Shown here: in pieces, positions 9,348-19,446 of the stretch
Layout of the letters: each line of letters begins with the position of its first letter
Numbering within the stretch: the stretch's first letter is position 1
Virus record (IMG/VR): IMGVR_UViG_3300020045_003606
Location: 1-40,325 of that record
DNA from: a virus
Lineage: Duplodnaviria; Caudoviricetes
DNA: 40,325 nt
Reading direction: 5' to 3' (one strand)
The notes under the pieces: model-generated
Database searches by the model: none
Seen by the model: the letters and a program-made list of their open reading frames with translations, nothing else
What the model was told of the DNA's origin: nothing
Made by a program: the position numbers and the translations under genes

Positions 9348-11230
9348 TATAATACCTTTTCGCCCTCAAGCGAATCCCATAATAATGCAATTGACTTAAT
9401 AACAGGAGTTGTAATCCCACTACATACTCCGTCAAATCCTATTGTTATATTTTTGAATCTTCCGTCTTGTATGGTTGAGATTGTTTCAACTGCGCCTATA
9501 GCTATAGAGTCGTGCGTAACGTCGCTTGCGTCATCTTTTTGGTGAATTGGAGTGATTGTAACGTTACTAGGGACGGCTTCTGTATCAATTCCTGTCCTAA
9601 GTGCTAGTTTAGTTTTACGAGTTATGCCAGCGTCAAATTCTAATGACCTAAACGCAAATGTAGGCGCAGGGTCACAGTAACTATCAACAATATCAATTCC
9701 ATAATCAGTACCGTCTTTCCAGCCTATATACATCTCATCGCCAAAGTTTTTGACAAATCCTATTTCTAAAGTTCCTAAAGTATTTAATCGTGTTTGAGTT
9801 GATATAACGTACCCATAGCCAAATGAATTAGGATAATCCTTATCTAAAGTACCCCATGTGTAAACTCCATGTTCTATAGATTGGTTAGTTGTAGTTGATG
9901 GATAGCCTAAATGAAGTAGGTTGTCCCTTATAGTCATCATATTAGGATAACAATGAGTATTATCTATTGTGTCTTTATAAGTAGTGTCGGTATTTGCTAA
10001 AGCTCGTATTTGGACTATATTTTTGCCGCCAAACCAAGCACATAGTGAACCGTTAACGTAAAAATACGGATAATTGTTATACGTGCGTATTGATTCTGGC
10101 GAGCCACCTGATACATCTATAATCTGGTTATAAGTCTGAGCTGTACCGTCCCAAATAATTAATTTTCCCTCTTGAAAATCTTTCGTACCGTCTGTTGAAC
10201 GTTTTTCAATCGCTATAACTGAAAACTCATCTGTTGGAGCAACTCCACAAACTTCAAATCCATCTGGAAATGTTAATCTATGTCTTTGAAACTCATTATT
10301 AGACGGCTCATCTGGAGATAAAGGCTCCCAAACTGCTAGATAGTTACCATTTCCTATTAATGTGTACTGTAAGAATTGAGCAATTGGATGTAAACCGTTA
10401 GTAGTGTCTACAAGTCTATCCGCCCATAATTCAAAATCGGCTGTACTTAAGTCACTTACTGTTGCAACTTGTACTGTACCATCTGCTACTGTTGAAGTTA
10501 AATGTACATGATAAGTTCTTGCGTTAGGTTTTACGTATGCCCTAACTTGGCTAGCAAATATGAACTCATTTAAAACTCCATTAGTAAGGCTTGCATTGGC
10601 TATTGTTTTAGTTGCTAGAACGGTGTCTAAACCATCATGTAGAGTTAAAGTCCAATCACCAGTACCTTTTGCTACTACTTTTACTTTAATTGAGTAAAAA
10701 GGCTCTATGTCTGGTTGAAATGAAAAATAATTAGTTGCTGTTTCGGATATTGATATTGGTAGTGTGTAAGTCAATGTTCCGCCAGTACGATAGGCGTTAG
10801 TGTCTATAGATTTAGACGGCCCATAGCTATAATCAAAAGTTGGCGTTCCAGATATAGGTGCATATCTTTCTAGTGTTTTAGAAGTTGCCATATAAATTGC
10901 ATCGCTATCTGTTCTATACAAAAGTCCGTCAGAACCACTTGTCAAAGAATTAGCTATCTCCGTAACTGTATTATCAGTAGCTATTTTATAAAAGCCTCCA
11001 GTGCTACCAAAAGAATACCTATCACCGCTTAGTACTTGAACCATGTTTAAAGGTAAATCGGTAACAGTCGAGCCAGATATTTTTCTTGGGCCGGGTAATA
11101 CACTTAACTGTCCGGGGTCACGTCTAAATTCTAAAGCTCTCCCATAAGCAAATGAAGCTTTTGGCCCCATTGACGAGTTACTTGACTGCCCGCCATAAAA
11201 GTTTTGGATTGCTAATACTTGTTGCGTCAT
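9347..11230 (-). CDS. Tail nozzle/head-stabilisation protein (P22 gp10/T7 gp12-like position)
   Basis: 627 aa, beta-rich, NFYGG N-terminus, directly after the adaptor. Confidence 0.65.
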   Translation of the reverse strand: MTQQVLAIQNFYGGQSSNSSMGPKASFAYGRALEFRRDPGQLSVLPGPRKISGSTVTDLPLNMVQVLSGDRYSFGSTGGFYKIATDNTVTEIANSLTSGSDGLLYRTDSDAIYMATSKTLERYAPISGTPTFDYSYGPSKSIDTNAYRTGGTLTYTLPISISETATNYFSFQPDIEPFYSIKVKVVAKGTGDWTLTLHDGLDTVLATKTIANASLTNGVLNEFIFASQVRAYVKPNARTYHVHLTSTVADGTVQVATVSDLSTADFELWADRLVDTTNGLHPIAQFLQYTLIGNGNYLAVWEPLSPDEPSNNEFQRHRLTFPDGFEVCGVAPTDEFSVIAIEKRSTDGTKDFQEGKLIIWDGTAQTYNQIIDVSGGSPESIRTYNNYPYFYVNGSLCAWFGGKNIVQIRALANTDTTYKDTIDNTHCYPNMMTIRDNLLHLGYPSTTTNQSIEHGVYTWGTLDKDYPNSFGYGYVISTQTRLNTLGTLEIGFVKNFGDEMYIGWKDGTDYGIDIVDSYCDPAPTFAFRSLEFDAGITRKTKLALRTGIDTEAVPSNVTITPIHQKDDASDVTHDSIAIGAVETISTIQDGRFKNITIGFDGVCSGITTPVIKSIALLWDSLEGEKVL

Positions 11231-12120
11231 GGGTAAATTACTGGAGGCGTTAATTCGATCCAGCTTGCCCGACCAGTCCTTCTTGGTAATTTAACGCCAG
11301 CTTGTGATGTCGATTTGCCATAGGTTTGTTTAGCTGATTTTAGCTTATCATCAAATCTTGACTTAAAATCTCTAGCTAGAGTAGAGTTGCTTTGCGTTAA
11401 GTAATATCTATCCAAAGCATAAAACACAGGTGCATCTTGATAAGCTTGAGGTATTTTCATAACCTCACCAATTCTAAACGTCCTACCAGCACCAGATATT
11501 CCCTCATAATAGTTTTCAAATGTCAATTCAGAAGTTGAAACATAAGCTGATACTCTATACCACTTTCCGTCAGTGCCATCAGTAATTTGTAAATATCTGC
11601 CAACCATTTGAGGAGTGAATCCAGTTGCTGAGTGAGTTAAAGTAGTCGAACCATTAGCCACCGTTACAGTTCCAGTCGTATAGTCACTAGCCGTTAAATC
11701 TATATGTTGAGGCTCGTAAGACACTACTAGACCACTGGTAACGTTAGATGATGGTATTGGATAAAGCCCTATTTCGTTAAATCCACGTATGTAATAGTGA
11801 GTTGGATATCCACCCTCAAAAGTTATAGCGTTCAAATCGTTCCAAAGCTCTTCTGATGTCACTAACTGAGGTGTGTAGTAATTATCACCATTAAGGCATT
11901 TAATCTCTGATATTCTCAACACGTCCATTGGCATTTGGTAATATTGCTGTCCATCTACTAAATTGGCAGTTTTATATTCTTTGTTAAATTTTCTACCTAA
12001 CCTATTAAGAAACATTGCACCGCCCTCATTAATGTCTCTTTTAAACATCACAAGTTGAGTCGATGAATAATCGTTTGTTATTTGCTGTGCCATTAATGTT
12101 TGGTCTGAGAATGTTAGCAT
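11227..12120 (-). CDS. Head-tail adaptor with internal beta insert
   Basis: GQQYYQMPMDVLRI, IGLYPIPS, IPQAYQDAPVFYA adaptor-like motifs. Confidence 0.7.
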   Translation of the reverse strand: MLTFSDQTLMAQQITNDYSSTQLVMFKRDINEGGAMFLNRLGRKFNKEYKTANLVDGQQYYQMPMDVLRISEIKCLNGDNYYTPQLVTSEELWNDLNAITFEGGYPTHYYIRGFNEIGLYPIPSSNVTSGLVVSYEPQHIDLTASDYTTGTVTVANGSTTLTHSATGFTPQMVGRYLQITDGTDGKWYRVSAYVSTSELTFENYYEGISGAGRTFRIGEVMKIPQAYQDAPVFYALDRYYLTQSNSTLARDFKSRFDDKLKSAKQTYGKSTSQAGVKLPRRTGRASWIELTPPVIYP

Positions 12121-12132
12121 ATTTCCTCAATT

Positions 12133-12184
12133 AAAAAGCTCCCACTGAGGGGAACTGTTAAGTTGCTTGCAATAATTATATCAC
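12133..12184 (-). promoter_or_regulatory. Late leader copy C
   Basis: TGATATAAT-N6-AAGCAACTTAAC-AGTTCCC CTCAGT GGGAGCT-TTTT. Confidence 0.85.
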
Positions 12185-12225
12185 ACCAAAAGTAACTAGG
12201 CTACTTGTTTATAGCAGTGTTAAAT

Positions 12226-15200
12226 CTAACCTTTACCTATAGCAATCCAACTATAGCCATATCTGACTGTTGTACTAAGGTTAGAAGAATCTTTTTGCGT
12301 TACGTTAGCTGTAAATCCTGTGGTACTTGGCGAGTTTGCATACCATATATCACCAGACGCTCCGGTTAACTCTGCTAGGCTTGCAGGGTCTGAACCAGAT
12401 TTAACACCAGCACTTGATAATATAACTATAGGGGTATCAGTAAAGGCTACAGGAAATGTCACTGCTTCAGACATAAAGTTAGCAGCAGCACCTAATTTCC
12501 AGCCCCAACCCATTTGTACCTTCATTCCTATTGGAGCTGTATTCGTTGTGTTGTCCTGTCTCCTACCCCTTATAAAGTTTTCTGGTAATACATAAGAATC
12601 GTCAATACCAGTATCAGTTATACTTCTAATTGATATATTATCAATGCTTAACGTTGCGTTGCCAATAAGAGCTAACCCTTGATTTGTAGATAAATTGTTA
12701 GCAGCAGTTGTCCAACTAGCTACTGACACACCGTCATGATATATCGTATAGACATTATTAATGCATTTTAATGACACTATTGTTCCAGCGGCTGGCAAAG
12801 CCGATGACTGTTTAGATTCTGATGAGCCATCTACACTCATTAACCATCCTGGAGTGCCACTTTCCTGTCTATAAAACTTTAAATAGTGAGTCGAATCAAC
12901 GTATCTTGCTAAAATTCCTATAGGGTATGTATCTGTATCTATAGCTACAATTTTAAATTGTATAGTAAAGTTATTATTTAATCTGGAATTAACGTACGCA
13001 TAACCATCAGAAGTTCCAGCCCAAGCCAAAACTCCACTCGATACTGTCGCACCTGATACGGTAGTAATCCATTTATGACCAGAGTCAGTCGCACCTAAAA
13101 CACCATCGGCACGATTAAACCCATCATAGACAGGTTTAGGATTGTATGAACTTAAAGGATTGTCAGATACAGCTAAAGCAATTGCTCGTGCGTCGCTAGA
13201 ATCCACACAAGTATAGTAATGTAAGACACTTCCACCATCGTCCATAACGAAAGGTTTATGAGCATATTTCAAATCGTAAGGCACACTTGGTGTTAAGATT
13301 GGATTACCAGAATATTTAACCCATCCTAGTGGAAAATCATAATCAGATGTTACGGCTATACCATCAGAAGCAACCGTACCGTTAAACCCAAAGTAATCCA
13401 TAACCCACATATCACCAACACGACGGACACTTGGGTCTCCTACTTTTGATGATTCCCATGTTGCGTCAACAGGGCTTATTATTGGACTATTTGCTTCATC
13501 AACTGTCCATGGCCCTAATAAATCAGTAGCAGTTGCGTACCCAATATATTCTTTTAGGTCTGCACCTTTTGTATTAAAGAACATGTAATATATTTTGTTA
13601 CGCTTTACTACGCTTGCATGATAAACAGCAACAGCTCTCCACCCAGTTCCGTCAATATCTATGACTTGTCCGTGTCTTGTCCAACTAGGCGAAGTTAGAC
13701 TTGGAGTAGTAGCGACACATATAGTTGGTGTACCCCCCTCCATTCCAACGTCAGTTAAACCTATATAAAACATTACATATCTATCATTGGCATCGTCCCA
13801 TAATAGTACAGGCCCAGTAACGCCAAACTCATCAGGCGATGAAGCCGTACCAGACCAACTTAATATAGGATTACCAGCATCTTTAGTCCAATTTATCTTA
13901 TCATCACTCCAAGCTATTCCAATTTGTTCACGAATTTCAGATTCAATAGTTGTCCAGCCAACATACGCCATAACGTACTTGCCACTCTTAGGGTCTCGTA
14001 TTATTGTAGGTGATTCAACCGCTAAATCGTCCCATTCTCCAGTTGCGCCAACATCAAGTACTTTTGCCACTTTTACTAGATTTGTACCTAGGTTTCTATC
14101 TTCATACAAGCTTTTTATACTGTCCTGACCGGTTGGCAAGTCTGAAGTTAAAGCTATAGTACCTGTAGCGTCTGGGAAAGTGAAAGTTCTATTATTTGTA
14201 GCATTAGTAAAGTCTAAAACTTGGTCATAAGATGAGCCTGCGAATGTTAATTGGTTTTCAGCCTGTACACTAATTGAACCAACAGTCGTAATACCAGCAT
14301 CAGAATAAAAATCAATAATACTGCTATTATTCATACTTAGTGCAGTATTGGCTGTAATAAAGCCTGCAGCAAGTGTATTAGCCCCTAAATCAACAGCACC
14401 AGTAGCCCCTGTATAAGGTACTAAACCAGATAAATCTTGGTCGCCTGTATTAGTACCAGATACAGTAGCACCAGCAGTAATATTATTAGCAACAAAATCA
14501 TCATCAGTTTTTAAAGTATTGGCAGCACTACGATACAGAGTTGTGTCTGCGGTAGCATTGCCTGGTCCCCATTGCATTTTACCATCACCTAAGAATGTAA
14601 ACCGTACTTGTGAATCACCAGTTTTATAAGTTGAAAATGCAATATTTGTTTCGCTTGGGTTTTGTATTCTAAGAGCCTGTTTGCCAGTTTTGTTTAAAAT
14701 CTCAATCCCATTATCAGCAGAGGCAGTTTTATTGACTCCTACTGATGGGAATGTAAATCCACCAACCATTGTTTGTGGAGTAGTTTGGTCTATGTTCATT
14801 TTACCTGAGATGTCTTGGTCTCCAGTATTAGTTCCTGAAGTATCTGCAAGCCTTGTAAGGGCTGTGTCAATCTCAGTATGAGTGTTCACCCCAATATTAG
14901 TTAAGGTCGTGTGGTCAGTCGCTAAATAAGTACCAGACGGTAAATTAGACACGCTTCTAAGGTCTTGAGTTTCTTCGTATGGAGTTACGTCGTTTCTTAA
15001 AATAACTCTGTACAAAACTTTGAACTCTGCAAACGGTAGACCAGTAAGAGATAAACTGTTATAAGTGTTGTTTAATTTTGCATCGGCTAATAGTGTATCT
15101 TGGCGTTGTCCCATTACTGAGATAATCGGGTAATCTACTGAATTGGTTGCAAATATCCATACTGCAACGTATTTATTAGCGTCAACTGGTGTTAAAGTGT

Positions 15201-16545
15201 TTCCGTTATTATAATAAAGACTTCCACCTGATGTGTAGTAGTAAATAGTTTGTGGGTCTGTCCATTCAAAATCTGCCGTTCCGTTTTTATACATTACTCG
15301 GACGTTAGTTTGCGCTCCGATAGATAAGTCTAAATCCTCATCGTAAATATGCCCTGCCTCTATTGATACGGTAGTATCGTCAAACGTTCCGCCTAAGCCT
15401 GACCTGTATCTTGTGCCCACTGTTTCATGTAGGTATTTATGAGTAGACCAATCCATTGTAAGACCATGACGCTCATCGCATAGAATGTATTTATTAATAG
15501 TTGTATTCCAAACTAATAGAGCTACGAATACTTTACCGTTTGAAAAGTCCCAAGGTGTTAGTGAAGCTACTAAGTCATCATTATAATCAAAATAAATAAA
15601 GTGTAATCCAGTAGTATCAGATATAGTTACAGTTTGTGCTCCTGTTTTAGTAATCTTCTTATAAGCTCTGTAGTAGTCAAAAGTAGCACCAGTCGGAGTA
15701 ATTGAAAACTCTAAAGTGCTATCATTAAAAGCCAATGTCGTATCGGTACGGTTAGGAAATCCAGTTGCTTCATTTGTTACATGTAAGAAGTGGTCAAAAT
15801 CAAAATATTTATTTGTTTCATCCCATACTAGAATTTGTCCAGTAGTATCTAACGGAGTCCCATTAATATCTGAGCTTTGAGTTATATCTCGGTGTCTTCG
15901 TATGCTTATTAAGATACTTCCTATGCCAGCACCTCCAACAACACCAACTGAACCAATCTCATCTGAATGATGTGGCGCATCAGGCTCGACGTTGGTTAAT
16001 TCACCAGCAGTGGTAGTTGAGACATATAATCTATCACCCTCAGCCCAGCCTGCGTAGTCTGTTTTAATCTGACGGACGTAACCCATTGTGGTTATAAATC
16101 CCTCAGTGTCGTCTGCAATATCTTGAGTTGTCATTCCCATTACAGCAGAGGTTGCCATAGCATCGCCTTTAGCTAGTGCGATTGTTGGTCGATTGCCTTG
16201 TCTGCCGTTAAAATAAACAGCTTTACCATTAGAAATAGTTGTCCCTGTTTTATTTATTACCTTTGTAAACATCTCTTGACCGATTTGTAGGGTGATTTCA
16301 CCACCATCCATGCCTAAGTCTAGCGTTCCATCGGTAGCGTTCCACTGTAATAGACCCTCTGCATTAGTAATCGGAGTGTCATCGGTCGTGTCGAATTGAA
16401 TCGCTTGGATACCCTCTTGTAGTTTAGCGTCTAGGTAACCTGCTGTTGCGTCTGTGGCGGAAAGTTTAACAAGTTCGTCGTCACCTGCGCTACCAGACTC
16501 ATAATAATCAAGATTACCAGTTATAGGATTAAATTTAAACGGCAT
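12226..16545 (-). CDS. Multidomain tail fibre/spike (1439 aa) with five-bladed beta-propeller glycoside-hydrolase-like domain
   Basis: Repeated blades (P-x-I/V, Y-x-M-x-Y, IGIA-x-S-DD-W-NPIL); SGTNTGDQD twice; fibre-tip-like C-terminus (VTFPVAFTDTPIV, GYSWIAIG). Confidence 0.8.
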   Translation of the reverse strand: MPFKFNPITGNLDYYESGSAGDDELVKLSATDATAGYLDAKLQEGIQAIQFDTTDDTPITNAEGLLQWNATDGTLDLGMDGGEITLQIGQEMFTKVINKTGTTISNGKAVYFNGRQGNRPTIALAKGDAMATSAVMGMTTQDIADDTEGFITTMGYVRQIKTDYAGWAEGDRLYVSTTTAGELTNVEPDAPHHSDEIGSVGVVGGAGIGSILISIRRHRDITQSSDINGTPLDTTGQILVWDETNKYFDFDHFLHVTNEATGFPNRTDTTLAFNDSTLEFSITPTGATFDYYRAYKKITKTGAQTVTISDTTGLHFIYFDYNDDLVASLTPWDFSNGKVFVALLVWNTTINKYILCDERHGLTMDWSTHKYLHETVGTRYRSGLGGTFDDTTVSIEAGHIYDEDLDLSIGAQTNVRVMYKNGTADFEWTDPQTIYYYTSGGSLYYNNGNTLTPVDANKYVAVWIFATNSVDYPIISVMGQRQDTLLADAKLNNTYNSLSLTGLPFAEFKVLYRVILRNDVTPYEETQDLRSVSNLPSGTYLATDHTTLTNIGVNTHTEIDTALTRLADTSGTNTGDQDISGKMNIDQTTPQTMVGGFTFPSVGVNKTASADNGIEILNKTGKQALRIQNPSETNIAFSTYKTGDSQVRFTFLGDGKMQWGPGNATADTTLYRSAANTLKTDDDFVANNITAGATVSGTNTGDQDLSGLVPYTGATGAVDLGANTLAAGFITANTALSMNNSSIIDFYSDAGITTVGSISVQAENQLTFAGSSYDQVLDFTNATNNRTFTFPDATGTIALTSDLPTGQDSIKSLYEDRNLGTNLVKVAKVLDVGATGEWDDLAVESPTIIRDPKSGKYVMAYVGWTTIESEIREQIGIAWSDDKINWTKDAGNPILSWSGTASSPDEFGVTGPVLLWDDANDRYVMFYIGLTDVGMEGGTPTICVATTPSLTSPSWTRHGQVIDIDGTGWRAVAVYHASVVKRNKIYYMFFNTKGADLKEYIGYATATDLLGPWTVDEANSPIISPVDATWESSKVGDPSVRRVGDMWVMDYFGFNGTVASDGIAVTSDYDFPLGWVKYSGNPILTPSVPYDLKYAHKPFVMDDGGSVLHYYTCVDSSDARAIALAVSDNPLSSYNPKPVYDGFNRADGVLGATDSGHKWITTVSGATVSSGVLAWAGTSDGYAYVNSRLNNNFTIQFKIVAIDTDTYPIGILARYVDSTHYLKFYRQESGTPGWLMSVDGSSESKQSSALPAAGTIVSLKCINNVYTIYHDGVSVASWTTAANNLSTNQGLALIGNATLSIDNISIRSITDTGIDDSYVLPENFIRGRRQDNTTNTAPIGMKVQMGWGWKLGAAANFMSEAVTFPVAFTDTPIVILSSAGVKSGSDPASLAELTGASGDIWYANSPSTTGFTANVTQKDSSNLSTTVRYGYSWIAIGKG

Positions 16546-16838
16546 TAACTAAACTCCACTGTGTCTAAATTGGCCTTTGTCCCATCAGTATAAGTTACGA
16601 CTACTGTTCTTATTGTGGTTCCACCACTACCGCCTAACTTATAAACATAAGTCTCTACTGTATCACTAGTTTGCTGAATATCAATATAATCGTAGTCTCT
16701 ATTTGGTACTAAATCACCAGACACCAGCAAAGCACCAGTGCTTGGATTTGCTTCTAACCTAACTATAGTCTCGCCGTCAGATGAACTGACCGCTATTATA
16801 CTTGGTTTAAAATTATCATCTATTTTCGAATTTGGCAT
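16545..16838 (-). CDS. Small virion protein
   Basis: Start reassigned to MPNSK (AGGAG SD); TAATG coupling to the fibre gene. Confidence 0.65.
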   Translation of the reverse strand: MPNSKIDDNFKPSIIAVSSSDGETIVRLEANPSTGALLVSGDLVPNRDYDYIDIQQTSDTVETYVYKLGGSGGTTIRTVVVTYTDGTKANLDTVEFS

Positions 16839-16851
16839 ATATTCTCCTAAC

Positions 16852-16902
16852 AAAAACAGCCCCATAAGGGAGCTGTTAAAGCTGCTTTAATTCATTATAT
16901 CA
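16852..16902 (-). promoter_or_regulatory. Late leader copy D
   Basis: TGATATAAT-N6-AAGCAGCTTT-AACAGCTCCC TTAT GGGGCTGTT-TTT. Confidence 0.85.
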
Positions 16903-16907
16903 TTAAA

Positions 16908-17708
16908 CTAGTTTTCTATGACACGATTTCGTCTTTTGGTTTTAATAATCAAATCATTAGCTTCTTTTTCTCGCTCTAATACAGATTGTTCTCTAGCTTC
17001 AAGCTTTTTTATAGACTGAATTTTGTATTCTTCAAAGTTTTCACGTTCTTTTATGTAATCATTGTGATCGGATTGATTTTTTTTAATTTCATCAGTAACT
17101 TTTTCAAGCTCTTTTTGCTTTAGCTCAATATCATCTTGCATTTTTTTCATATTTTCAGCAAGTTTTTGTTCTTCTTTGTCAAATTCAGTCTGTTGTTCTT
17201 CAAAAGATATTTTGCGACATTCAACTTTTTCACCTAATATGAGTATAGTTCCATCTAAATCACTTTTTTTAGTCTTTAGTACCTCAATTTCGTTCAAAAG
17301 ACTGTTTTTTGTAGAATTTATAGCAGATATTTCATCATTTAAGCTGGTTATTGTCTTGTCATGTTCAGATATTGATTTTTCGTGCAATGCTTCAGACAAT
17401 TTAATTTTTCTATTAATTTCATCAAGTGTACTTTGAGCTGATTTGATAGTATTTTCTAAAGCTAATATTGAGTTCTCACGCTTTTTAGTAGTTTCATCAT
17501 AAGAACTATTATCTTTGGTCATCTTTTCTTGTAATTCAGCCAGTTCTTTAGAATATTTGCTAATATCTTCTTTGCTATGAGAAACCATCGCATCAAGTCT
17601 TATTTTTTCTCCACGCAAATCATCGGCTTGTTTTTCAAGCTCAGTTATTTCTAAATCAAGTTTTTCGGCTTTTTCTAAAAGCTCTCTAATTTCCTGAAGG
17701 TTTACCAT
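16908..17708 (-). CDS. Long coiled-coil protein
   Basis: E/K/L-rich heptads over 266 aa. Confidence 0.7.
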   Translation of the reverse strand: MVNLQEIRELLEKAEKLDLEITELEKQADDLRGEKIRLDAMVSHSKEDISKYSKELAELQEKMTKDNSSYDETTKKRENSILALENTIKSAQSTLDEINRKIKLSEALHEKSISEHDKTITSLNDEISAINSTKNSLLNEIEVLKTKKSDLDGTILILGEKVECRKISFEEQQTEFDKEEQKLAENMKKMQDDIELKQKELEKVTDEIKKNQSDHNDYIKERENFEEYKIQSIKKLEAREQSVLEREKEANDLIIKTKRRNRVIEN

Positions 17709-18042
17709 TTTTGGTATCCATTGGTTTTACTTGGCTTAAATCTTCTACCTGTGGTTCTGGTTTTACAGTCTGAATAACATCGTCAGCAGCTATTACAAGT
17801 TTATCGTAATACTTCTGCCTAAAACCCTCTTCATTCCAGTGTAGGAATTGTTTATCTTTAATAGCCATTTGAGTAGCTAGTTTATAAACATACATCCACG
17901 CCATGTATCCAGGCATTTTAGCGGTCTGACCAGCAGCGACCATGTAGTCTTTGCTATGTACTTTAAATTTAAAGTCATCCTTAGTTGGATTGACTACTGT
18001 TATTGATTGGTCTTCTTTCCATTCGAAATCTCTTGGGTTCAT
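17686..18042 (-). CDS. Hypothetical protein in head-tail region
   Basis: AAGGAG SD; upstream TGCTACACT extended -10. Confidence 0.7.
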   Translation of the reverse strand: MNPRDFEWKEDQSITVVNPTKDDFKFKVHSKDYMVAAGQTAKMPGYMAWMYVYKLATQMAIKDKQFLHWNEEGFRQKYYDKLVIAADDVIQTVKPEPQVEDLSQVKPMDTKNGKPSGN

Positions 18043-18085
18043 GCTTTTCTCCTTGCGTTAAGTGTAGCATATTTTAAGCAAAATA

Positions 18086-18113
18086 AAATAGCCCCTAAAA
18101 AGAAGCTATTTTA
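18086..18113 (-). terminator. Intrinsic terminator after capsid operon
   Basis: AAAATAGC...GCTATTTT inverted repeat with T-rich tail. Confidence 0.65.
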
Positions 18114-18123
18114 AATTTGTCTA

Positions 18124-18660
18124 TTAAGACGTTACAATCACGTAACAATTCCATGCACCAGTACTGACGTTGACAAATCTCATCAAAGCGTTCTTGGTTG
18201 TTGGAACAGCGGCAGTGCCTTTTACAACTACTGCGCCGTCTCCAGCCGTAATTGTAGAAGTTTGGTTACCTCGGTTGTTAAACATCACATCTAGTGTAGT
18301 ACCAGTAACATCACCAAAAGCAGCAGTAATTTGTGCGCCTGTTGGAGTTGTTAAAGTAGAAGCACCTGTTTGTGAGTTTTGTGATACCGTACCACCAGCC
18401 ATACCGGCAACAGTCAATGTTGCAGCTTGTGCATCATAGTCAGTTACAACACCATCATATTTTGGGTAAGCCAAAAAGGTTGTTCCGCTTGATGTAAGAG
18501 TTGTTGCTGCGACTGTACCTGCAACAGCACTAGCAGTACCTGTAACACCACCAGTTGCAGTAATAGCACCGGTTACAGTTAGGGTAGAGCCTAAAGTTAC
18601 TGGTTCATCGGTTTTAACGCCGTCAAATAGACCTGGGATTATTCGTTCTAATTTTGTCAT
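18124..18660 (-). CDS. Capsid decoration/head-fibre-like protein
   Basis: T/G/A-rich beta protein after the capsid genes; start reassigned to MTKLE (AAGGA SD). Confidence 0.6.
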   Translation of the reverse strand: MTKLERIIPGLFDGVKTDEPVTLGSTLTVTGAITATGGVTGTASAVAGTVAATTLTSSGTTFLAYPKYDGVVTDYDAQAATLTVAGMAGGTVSQNSQTGASTLTTPTGAQITAAFGDVTGTTLDVMFNNRGNQTSTITAGDGAVVVKGTAAVPTTKNALMRFVNVSTGAWNCYVIVTS

Positions 18661-18720
18661 ATTATCCTTTCTTGATATGAGGCAGCACCAACACACCGTC
18701 AGTGCTGCCTACAATCATTA

Positions 18721-19437
18721 TCAGTCTATTGTAAGGAACGCACTTCTGAACTCTGTGTCGACCAATGCTTCGCTTGCGATACCAATTTGGTGTTCGCCAG
18801 CAGCATCAAGTGCTTCAACAGCACCAACTGTGCTAGAACCAATTGTAAGAGCCAAGCCCTTAGCAACAGCTTCGTCAGCTAGAACTGCACATTCGCCACG
18901 AGTTTGTTGCCAGAAGTAGTAATCTGCGGTTACAGCCGTATTGGCAACACCAGCAGCTTGGTCAGCTTGGTCAGCAATCGAAATGACGACCTGATCAAAC
19001 GTATTGTACTTCATGGTTACTTCGCTAGAAGTTGTCAAAGCTACGATTACTGGTTCTGCAAGTGTTACTCGTAGAGTTCCAGAAGCGTCAGCAGCCATGT
19101 TGCCGTTTACTGCGTAAGTGATACCCTCGCCAGTTGCATCGTTGACAGTCATGAAACCGTCTCGATATTGGTCAAGAGTAGCAGCAGTTGCGCCAATAGT
19201 AGCTGTTACTTCAAAAGCACCAGCAGTTACAGCAGCAGCTACAGCAACGTTAGTGTGATGCGCTACTAAATCAGCATTGATGTTCAACTTACCAGCAGCT
19301 AAAGCTGTACCTGCAGCACGAGAATAACGATAAACTCGTCCGTCAGCAGTTTCAGCAATCGAGCCAAGCTTGTGAAGTCGAGTCGAGCTTAATTTGCGAG
19401 CGTCCTGATTTGTAAGTGATAATCTTTGTGTAAACAT
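18721..19437 (-). CDS. Capsid cement/decoration protein
   Basis: Directly after the major capsid gene; HKLGS..DGRVYRY and YFWQQTRG motifs. Confidence 0.65.
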   Translation of the reverse strand: MFTQRLSLTNQDARKLSSTRLHKLGSIAETADGRVYRYSRAAGTALAAGKLNINADLVAHHTNVAVAAAVTAGAFEVTATIGATAATLDQYRDGFMTVNDATGEGITYAVNGNMAADASGTLRVTLAEPVIVALTTSSEVTMKYNTFDQVVISIADQADQAAGVANTAVTADYYFWQQTRGECAVLADEAVAKGLALTIGSSTVGAVEALDAAGEHQIGIASEALVDTEFRSAFLTID

Positions 19438-19446
19438 ATTATCTCC

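Noticed and set aside
12226-16545. Diversity-generating retroelement targeting the fibre
   Set aside because: No reverse transcriptase and no TR/VR pair seen
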